Assembly: GCA_973895155.1 (NCBI GenBank)
Contig: OZ316895.1
Location: 11,887,919-11,951,918, forward strand
Reading direction: 5' to 3'
DNA: 64,000 nt
Source: Marsupella aquatica
Taxonomy: Eukaryota; Plantae; Marchantiophyta
Within the stretch, counting starts at the first letter, position 1. Each line of letters starts with the position of its first letter. Both the position numbers and the translations under genes were made by a program. The notes beneath the pieces were generated by a model, which worked only from the letters and a program-made list of their open reading frames with translations, did not search any database and had not been told where the DNA came from. Shown here in pieces: positions 11,534-20,363 of the stretch.

Positions 11534-14376
11534 ATGTCTTCCGAAGAAGATGAGTCGGGCAACTCATCAGCTCATTCTACTCCTGTTAGGCACGGTGGAA
11601 ATCACAATCGAGATTGTAGTGCAAAATTTTCCCCAGTGTGGAAATATTGAACGATGTGATACGCCATCAGTGTGTAATGATATTAATCGTATATATCGAA
11701 GATGCAAATTTTGCAAGAAATATACAACGCATCATGCAACACGAGCAAAAGCATATTTGATGGGAAACATACACAAAAGAGATGCGCCACCTTGCACAGG
11801 CTTGTATGGAGTTGTTGACTTAGATGACATCAATAGAATGTACAATGTCATAAAGGTTGACCCATCCATAAAGTACAAACGAAGTGATGGAAGTCATGTT
11901 CTGTTATCCATGAGAGGTCGTAGGTCATATAACCCATCTTCCAATTCGCAAGCATCAACTCGAGACTCAAATTTTGTTAACCTTGATGAGGATGGAAATA
12001 TGAGTCATTGAAGTAGAGCATCAAATTTTTCAAACCCAATCATGGATGCTTATCAAATTCCAAATAGAGCTCATTTGGATAAGCTATGGGCTAAAGCTTT
12101 TTTTCAAGTGGTACTCTGTTCAATGTGTCGGAGAATCCTTTCTTCCGTGAAGCAGTCACAAAAACCTTGAAAGGGATTGTAAATGGATATTCTCTTCCGG
12201 GTATGCGAAATTTGAGAATAAAATTATTGAAGGAGGCTAGAGTTGATCTTACAAAGGACATGACAAAAACAATGAAGGAGGCAAAACCTTTTGGATATTC
12301 CCTTTCATCCGATGGATGGGAAAATATCCGAAGGGAACCTTTGATGAATGTCATGTTGTTGAGTTCAAAAGGAGATTTCTTTTTGGATAGTTGGAACGCT
12401 GCACAAGCCGACAAGAAAGATGGGAAGTATCTTGGTGACATACATAGATACATTGGCGCTGATCACATCATACATATTGTTACCGATGGGGCGCCTGCAA
12501 ATTGTCTAGCAGGTGAAGCGATAGTCATGAAAAAATATCTGCATGTGATATGGAGTTGGTGTGCTGCCCACGTTTTTAATTTGTTGCTAGAAGACATGTG
12601 TAGCCACAAAAATGTAATGCTAGATGAGTGGAAAAAAATCCATTCAAAATGATTTTTAAGTACTTGAGATGGATAGTTAAAGCAGTTACATCATCACAAA
12701 AGTTGTCTGCAATATTTGTGAGGAAATTTGGTTACAGGAAGTTGTTAAATCCAAATGCAAGGAGATTTGCAACAATTTTTTTAATGGCGCAGAGAACATT
12801 GGAGCTAAGAGAAGCTTTACAACAAATGGTCATTGATGATAAGTGGCAATCTTATCGTGATCGCCTGCCAGTTCAACCAAAGTCACAGGGGCATATGACG
12901 AGGGGAAAGGCAGACAAACTTAAATCGTGGATACAGCAAGATATATTTTGGGCTCAAGTAAAATCTACAGTTGCTTTTTTCCTGCCGTTGGTGAAGATGT
13001 TGCGAGAATTCGATGGAGTTTCACCACAGTCTCCTTGGCTATATTGGAGCTTGAAAAAAGGAATAGCTAAACTGGAGGCGAGCATGGAGGGTTGTACATT
13101 AGTAACAGATTACTTAAAACCAAAGATAATGAAAGTGTATATGGATCGACAAAAATTACTTACTACTGATTTCATGTTAGCAACAGCATATCTGAATCCT
13201 CAATTTTTCTTCGATGAAGATGAAGATGTGGCAGGAGATGCAGAACTGTATAGAGGCTTCAATGATTACGTTCGTAGATATGCAGAACACAAGGTGAAGG
13301 CAGGAATCAACCATGATCGAGATGTGACGACACTTATTTCTGACATCCAAATACAGGCATTTGAGGCTCAAAAAAATTTGCCAAATTCATCGGTTGCAAT
13401 TAGAGGAGCACAATCCAATATTGGGAAATTAAGTCCAGGAGAGTGGTGGCATTTGTATGGAGCTGATTACGCGAAGCTAAGATTGATGGCCAAAAGAATC
13501 ACGCATCAACAAATGTGTGCATGTTCATGCAAACAAAATTGGAGTTCGTACGGCTTTATCCATTCAAAAAGCCGTAATAGGTTGACCAATGATCGGGCAA
13601 AAGACTTGGTTTTTGTATTCACAAATTTGAGGGTGCAAAAAGGGCTCACAAAGGTGAGAAACCCTCATACATCTATGTATAGATGATATGATGAAAGAAC
13701 AACAACAAATGATGGCCCGAGGCCTACTTCCATAGAAGGATGTCACACTGAACAACATGGTGTTACATGTGCGGCTCTTGGAGAGGATGACGTGGAGGAT
13801 TTTGATACAATTGATGACGCAGATGAGGCTTTGCAAGGATTATCATTACACAATGATAGTGACATGTTGACTCGTATTCCACCAGATACTGAAATAAGTG
13901 ATGCCGGAGAATGGGAAGATGAAATGAATTTAATGATGTTCCCTACAATCGATGAGTCTCATATTCAGGATGACGATGACTACTCATTTGATACAAACTT
14001 TGTAGTGCCTTCCCAACCAAACCCATCCTTTACATACCCAACATTGAATCTACAAAATGATGTCCAAGCAAGTACTTCGTACTTATTTCAACGACGAGGT
14101 GCTGCATCGGAGCTCTGTCCTGAGAGAACAACACCAACTTTGTTTGCGCAACCTGATGATGCACAGTGGGGACAACATGCTTCTCCAACACTAAATATGT
14201 ATGAAAGACAGAACATGACAAATCCATACACATCAAGCATACATGCCCGTGTTGGGGCATTTCAAGAATATCATAGCGCATATCCGGTCCAATGGATGAC
14301 AAGATAATTTCAATTTGATCGACAGTTGCAAGAAAATGAGAACAATAACACAAGGCACTTTTTGTCACAACCTTGA
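11534..14376 (+). pseudogene. hAT transposase (BED zinc finger, DUF659/RNase H-like DDE core, hATC dimerisation domain), disrupted
   Basis: ATG at 11534 gives MSSEEDE...SPVWKY, then CKFC...RAKAYL (BED finger). Core motifs: AKAFF/FNVSENPFF, LSSDGW, IVTDGA, WCAAHVFNL, RFAT, WWHLYG, CKQNWS (catalytic E of CERNWS lost) and HSKSRNRL. Frameshifts near 11648, 12105 and 12640; in-frame TGA at 12009 and 13684. An acidic tail continues in frame to 14307 or 14376. Confidence 0.93.
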
Positions 14377-14487
14377 CATCTGTTTAGGTATTACATGCTA
14401 GTACTATACGACAAACTATGATATACTATGCCGGATTGTGCATGTCCTATGCAATAAAATATACTATACTAACATTGTGTGTGCAAT

Positions 14488-16412
14488 CTACTCATTTCGG
14501 TTCTCATTGTCTTGCGTTTCTACTTTCACCTCTGCCAGTTGTTGACGACGACGATGGCGACAAATAGATCGCTGCATGTTTTGCTCATCTGTTGTTGGTC
14601 GATTGGCCATGGCATATTCCTTCCACTGTTGGAATCTACTGCTGAATAGCAAATTGTCAAAGTCACCATCTGACAAGTTGTATTCATTAACTGTGAAGAT
14701 GTCAATGGGCCTTGAATCGATTTGTGCCATTGCAATACTCTCTTGAGTCATGTCTTTAGTGTCTTGCTGTGTCTCCATTGGTGGCATTTGTTTCAACAAA
14801 CCTCGTTGCTCATACTCTCGTTCATGAAATGATTTCCGACACTAACATTTTCGGCTCTTCTTCATCCACCGAAACAAGCAAGCATGATGCCATAAATGAC
14901 CGCATGTTCCCAAAATGGAAACAGATTCAGGACCCCATGGATACAAGCACCAAGTACATCTTCCATCATTTTCTCGAACAAATTGGGTCATACTTTCATC
15001 GGTCTTCCACTTGTCAAAAATTTCTCTATATCTTTTGGATTCTCCTCCACATCCAAAAAAAGATGAGATTCTCCCGTAGGATTAATCATTTGCACGTTCA
15101 TGTAATTGTAGTTCCTGCATCTTGATTTTTCCTTGTCTGACTGACCATCCACCTCAGCAGTGTTCATTTGCTCGATCTCCTCTTGAAAATTACTTATGAT
15201 CACCTCTTGTGATGCAACTTGATTCTTCAAATCCTGAATGACTCTATCTGCTTCTTGAACTTGTTTCATTTGACTAGATTGACCATCCTTTTGGGCAAGT
15301 TGTTTGTTGAGCCTTGCGATCTCCTCCATCTTGTCGTACAGTTGCACCTTGTATTCCTTCACCTCTGAAGTAGCCGCACTTTGAATGGACATTTTTTCCA
15401 TTGCTTTCATCTTCAAAAGATTATCTTGCAACTTTGACTTATAGTAGTCAATGCTGCTAGCTTCACAAAGGTCAAGACAAAACTTTGTGCGGAGATTATT
15501 CTCGATCAAATGACCAATCTCTATGCCCAAACTCTTGCACACAATCTCCATGCTCAGTGATTCTTTCTTTGGATCCAAAACACCAGTGAACTTTCCTGGC
15601 AAATTGTTACTTGTAGATCCTGCAATGTGTGATGTTTTGTCCACATGTTTTGGTGCGCTGAAACTTTTGGATTTGGTGAAGAGTCATTCCAATGCAGTCG
15701 GCTTATCTTTCTGATGTACATGAATGTCTTGCGTGTCATGTATTTTTCTTTTTGACCCTTTGTTGGTTGCTTGACTCGACATATCTTTTGTAGTATTTTT
15801 GTTGCTCTTCAAACTTGCAATGTCCAGGACAGACTGATGCACAGAGTGAGTCATCTTGCCCTTTTCTGTTTCCCAACGGTAATCCACCTTCCACTTGAGA
15901 ATAAATTCAGTAATTAGGAGTCGAAGAAAAGGAGGATAAACCGAGCTTGTTTTGCCTTGCGCCTTCTTTGGAGCATACTCTCAAAATCTTTGTTGCCAAT
16001 GCTTGCCAATTTCCACATGTGTTACCTTGGACATTGTGTACTTCTCTTGCATCCATGACCTTCTAGCCCATAAATTTTCATCATCAAAAATAATTTTCAT
16101 CCATTTTTGGAACTCCACACGTGACATCACTATCTTCAATTCTTTGGCGTTGATGGGCCATTCATTGTGAGGAGGTTTCACATTTGGCATTGTGATATTT
16201 CATTCAACATCCTTGGTGTCCTCATCCATTTTGGTTATGCTTTGCCCTGCATGATTGCTACTCATTCCAATGTCCTCGTCTATGGGTTGAGAATCTTGTT
16301 CAGCATATTGTTCCTGAGACGAGAGGTGAAAATCTTGGGCTGGTTGCAAATAAGCATATGGAATCTTTGTAGGTTTTTCCTCCTCATCGGATTCCAAATC
16401 CCATTTTCCCAT
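14488..16412 (-). pseudogene. Transposon cargo gene 2: coiled-coil plus RING-H2 finger protein (putative E3 ubiquitin ligase), disrupted
   Basis: ORF pieces ending at 16200, 15981, 15684 and 14988 share one frame, separated by TGA. After a frameshift near 15020 the frame reads CTWC-LYPWGPESVSILGT-CGHLWHHACLFRWMKKSRKC*CR (14958-14836) and joins ORF 14488-14799. Heptad-rich coiled coil at ~15180-15430. Confidence 0.78.
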
Positions 16413-16633
16413 CCTTGCAAATTCTACAATAACAAAAACATTTTTAGCATTCATTCGCCATACACCCTTGAAGATAAAAATGATAACAAAATACAATGAA
16501 GCAAAATGAGTAATACATTTAATTCATATGACATGATTAAATAGATAATAGTTCATGTCATCTATCATTGTCATTCACGATGAAACTATGAAATCCCTAA
16601 TCTCTTAGATAATGACTATTGTGCTGAACTAAT

Positions 16634-18251
16634 CTACAATCTTAGAATGTCCTCATCATTCCAATGAACACAATCCATTCTTTTCCTGATATCATTGGCC
16701 ATCATGTCACGTATCATAATATCTAATTTAGAGCCATGCTCTCTACCATTCCAACCCCTATTCAGATATTGTGTCATTGGGGTCATTCCATCCCAATTTT
16801 TTGTGAGTAATGTCTCAAAGACATTGCCCAAAGCATATATGTCAGTTGCTTGACTGTACTCTGCTGGATCGGAACGAACTAGCTCAGGCGCCAATTGTGG
16901 ATATTGTTTTTGATACGCAACTGCTTTCTCTGTAGGGGTGGCCAGGGCCACATTCGATTTTATGGTAATGTGCATTGTGACTTGTGTTTGGACAACCCAA
17001 AATCATATATTCCTACATAAACTCTAATTGCCAAATCATCCTCGTGATCAAAGTGAAGAAGGATGTTCCCAAAATGAAGATCACAATGGAAACGGTCGTG
17101 TGCATGCAAATATTGCAAGGTCTCCAATAGAGCCATAGCAATCCCCAAACGATGATCCAAAAGAGTTTCTTTTTGGATATGAATGTCACATCAACCTCAG
17201 AAGTGGATTGTGTCTTCCCTTTGCTCTTACTTCATTTCCCACACTTATCTATGAAGCTTCCCAAGTCACCTCCATTGTAATGGTCATAGATAAGTTTCGG
17301 TGGATCTTCGATAGTCATTGCCAAGACCCCAATTATTTTTTTGTGATTCAAACCTCCCATTAACACTTCTTGTAAGGCATCTGTTTGTCTCTTGTGCCGG
17401 TCTCCATCCTTAAATCGTTTTGCAACCAGTGTTGCATTTCAAGGAATCAATGGGCAATCCAATATATGACATATGAACACATGTCCTTGGATGCCGCTTC
17501 CAATACGATGCAAATTCGATACTTGCTCCCTCCTCAAGAAATGAATATTCCTGACCATGGGAACAACTCGTGATGGACGCGTTCCTCTATCTGCAACCTC
17601 CACGCCAATCTCTCCAAATTGTACGACCTTGCTCGCATATTTGACATTACTCTCCGATTTAGCCATTGCTAATTCTTTGCTCCATTTAGCTAGCAAATCT
17701 CTTCTATGTGTGTATAGCCCAGGAACTCCAAGCATGACGGCCCAAGCCTCATCCAAATTGGATTCCAACTTGTCCCAAAGATTTACCGCAAAGTTCAATG
17801 CCAAATGTTCAACAAATCCACCCGGCTTCTCAAAATCACTTATTAAGGCAGCAATTTCATCTCGGGTCATGTCCTCTTCTTTCTCCACAGTCTCACGCAT
17901 CCAACGTCCCATGTCATTTAAAAGGTTTTTGTAACCCTCTGTTCCATGCATAGCATACTTTTTCTCAAAGCCATCCTGCTCATACTGTGCTGGCAAAGTG
18001 TAGGGATATAGAATCTTTTTCCAAATCGCAACTAACACATGTTGCCTTCTCTCTTTCAATGCAGCACCAATTGCTCCTCCTCTATGTTTTCGTTTCCCTA
18101 AGGTTTTGCCATGTTTACAAATTTCTAAGGTTTTGTGAGCATTCCTTAGAGCATTGAGGGCATGAGGATCTGGTTGGTATCCCTTGTTTAGCATGGTCTT
18201 CATTGCCTCAAAAAGTTTCATATACTCTACACTCACATTTGCAGTGGCCAT
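16634..18251 (-). pseudogene. Transposon cargo gene 1: protein kinase (TKL-like) with a ~240-aa N-terminal extension, disrupted
   Basis: All major subdomains are present in order: IGSGIQGHV, LVAKRF, ALQEV, LNHKKII, YNGGDL, HCDLHFGNILL, YDFGLSK, LAPE, TDIYALG, DIRKR. TGA at 17439 and 17232; frameshifts near 17161 and 16975. Confidence 0.9.
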
Positions 18252-18364
18252 GTTCTCAAGTAACCACAACAAGTTGTAGGACAAAGAATAGGCACTTACG
18301 GAGTGTGTTGGCTGCTTGCCGAGGGTATGGATGATGCAAGTACAATAAAGCTGGATCAACAATC

Positions 18365-19052
18365 CTGAAATGTCATTTCACACTTTGTGTTGGTACCAAT
18401 AATACCCAAGCAATGAAATTTTAATATTTGTTCAATTTTTTATTCATTTGTTTAGTACTTTGAAAGTAACAACGATGAAGGGGAAAGACAACTATGTGAA
18501 ATACCACATGCCAAGCCGAAATGCCAAGCATGCGCACAAAAGATGTCTTTTCCTTCAAGTTGTTACATTCCTATTCCAATCTATGTGAAACCTATAGTTT
18601 ATATATCATTTGTAAATGTTGTGGAAATATTTACAAGGAATCAAGATATCCATGCAGAGTACCACATGCCGAGCGGAAACTCCAAGCATGCGTACATGAA
18701 AATCTCTATCCTAGAAAATAATCCACTCAATTCACAAATCACACTAAACTGTTAAGACGATATTAGGTTCTCTCATACGAAATACCACATGCCAAGCATA
18801 AGCTCCAAGCATGCGCATACGTGAGAACACTAATATCCCTCCAAATTAAAACTAAATGTTAAAATCATACATGGCAAAGCATAGCAAAAAAAAGACTCAA
18901 AACAATTCAAAAACTAGTGAACTAAACTCAAAACTAAGCAAAACATAAGCAAAAGCAAGAAAAACTTACCAAAGGCCTCTCCTACAAAACAAGCAAACTT
19001 AGTAATCAGAAGTTAGTAATGAGAAAAAGTAAGGAGACCTCCTCACTTTATA
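18365..19052 (-). promoter_or_regulatory. Putative cargo promoter and leader: TATA box, short leader exon and 5'-UTR intron
   Basis: On the minus strand: TATAAAG at 19052-19046, donor G|GTAAGT at 18969 and acceptor TTTCAG| at 18365, upstream of the kinase ATG at 18251. Confidence 0.45.
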
Positions 19053-19470
19053 GGCCCGGTCCCAGTCTGCCCCCCCCACCTCGCGAGCTGACCCCGGGTG
19101 GCCGAGCCCGATCCCCCCCGGCGGCTGCCCTCCTCTCGCGCGATCTAACCCTAAAGCCCCCCGGCCCGGGCCGGGCCGGGGGGCTTTAGGGACTGGGGCG
19201 GGGAATTAGGGACCGGGGCGGGGGGGGTCCGGGCCGGGAGGGGGGGGCTGTAGGGTCCGGGGCGGGGGGGGGCTTTAGGGTCCGGGCCGGGCGGGGGCCT
19301 TAGGGTCCGGGCCGGGAGGGCTTTAGGGTCCGGGGCGCGGGGGGGCTTTAGGGTCCGGGGCTGGGAGGGAAGAGGGTCCGGGAGGGAAGAGGACCGGGAG
19401 TACTCAGGCCGGGACCGGATTTACTCGGGCCGGGACCGGATGATGCCGACCGGGAGAGACCGGGTGTCGG
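19053..19470 (+). repeat. Right subterminal GC-rich array of the hAT element (TTAGGGTCCGGG-type units) with a 43-bp palindrome
   Basis: Repeated (TT)TAGGGTCCGGG motifs and G-runs; perfect inverted arms at 19149-19169 and 19171-19191. Confidence 0.85.
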
Positions 19471-19524
19471 CTTGCCGGTTGACGGCCTTAAAACGACCTA
19501 TTTGCCGGGCAAGTCCAAACCGGG

Positions 19525-19717
19525 CCTTGAGTGGTCAGTGAAGGGAGCGGGCTGGGTATTCAACAGTGAATCCATGGCAGAAGAGTTAATCCTATCAGTC
19601 AGATCTACGGCCATTAATGACTTTGCAAGGACTCGTCTCCCTGAGTGGTCAGTGAAGGGAGCGGGCTGGGTACCCAACAATGAATCCATGGCAGAAGACC
19701 TATCAGTCAGATCTACA
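19525..19717 (+). repeat. ~114-bp tandem duplication whose first copy (9974-10010 plus 19533-19609) was split by the hAT insertion
   Basis: GCCATTAATGACTTTGCAAGGACTCGTCTCC occurs at 9974 and 19610; TGAGTGGTCAGTGAAGGGAGCGGGCTGGGTA occurs at 19528 and 19642. Confidence 0.9.
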
Positions 19718-20116
19718 GTGCAGCCTCTACTCTTGATCTAAGACACACATCATTGTGGACTAGAAGGGACTCATGGGACCTGAAGAATCTCATTGTGAAT
19801 TTCCCATAGCTTGGCCCAGGTGCCATAATCAAAGGACATGTTGTTGAAAGCCTCCCTAAAAGTGGCATTGCTCATCCTGCTATGAGGTCTATATCTGGCC
19901 CAGTCCCTACAAAGATAGACCCGGAGACAATGCCAGGATTTAAGAATTACCACTTGGGGATTAGATCTGGTGTGCTGGATGAAGTGACTGTGAGCTCCTA
20001 TCCTTCCAGATCTGCCAACATACAATATCCATTATAGTATGTCACGTTTTCATTGGAATGTCCCATCGGTCAGGTAAGGGAGCACCCACAAAAACATGCA
20101 CAGGTTCCAATAGTTG

Positions 20117-20279
20117 ATCTTAGTACACATTGGAAATGGACCACATGATTTCAGAAAAATCTCAAACTTGTCATGCTATACATTGTTTTCAGCTGATTTG
20201 TAATATGTGATCCTAGTACTCATTGGAAATGGAAGCAAGTGATTTCAGAAAATTCTCAAACTTGTCATGTAATACATTG
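20117..20279. repeat. Short direct duplication (~70-bp unit, 2 copies)
   Basis: TAGTAC.CATTGGAAATGG...TGATTTCAGAAAA.TCTCAAACTTGTCATG..ATACATTG appears twice. Confidence 0.8.
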
Positions 20280-20363
20280 AACATCAGAGACCATGCTAGA
20301 AACTCTCCAACATAAATTCAAAAGTTATCCAAATAAATGTACAAATTTGGTACCGGCGCGAGT

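Larger units (their letters stand above)
10011..19524 (+). mobile_element. Giant (9,514-bp) hAT-superfamily DNA transposon with kinase and RING-H2 cargo genes
   Basis: 8-bp TSD CCTTGAGT at 10003-10010 and 19525-19532. TIR CCCGGTTTG (10011-10019) / CAAACCGGG (19516-19524), with imperfect extension to ~23 bp. Internal hAT transposase and GC-rich subterminal arrays at both ends. Confidence 0.92.

Noticed and set aside
14988-14990. TGA as the true end of cargo gene 2
   Set aside because: It follows a frameshift near 15020; the alternative frame continues through a RING-H2 motif to 14488.
12009-17441. Alternative genetic code (UGA as sense) or RNA editing to explain the TGA stops
   Set aside because: Frameshifts, a TAG and missense transitions at catalytic residues accompany them; methylation-driven decay is simpler.
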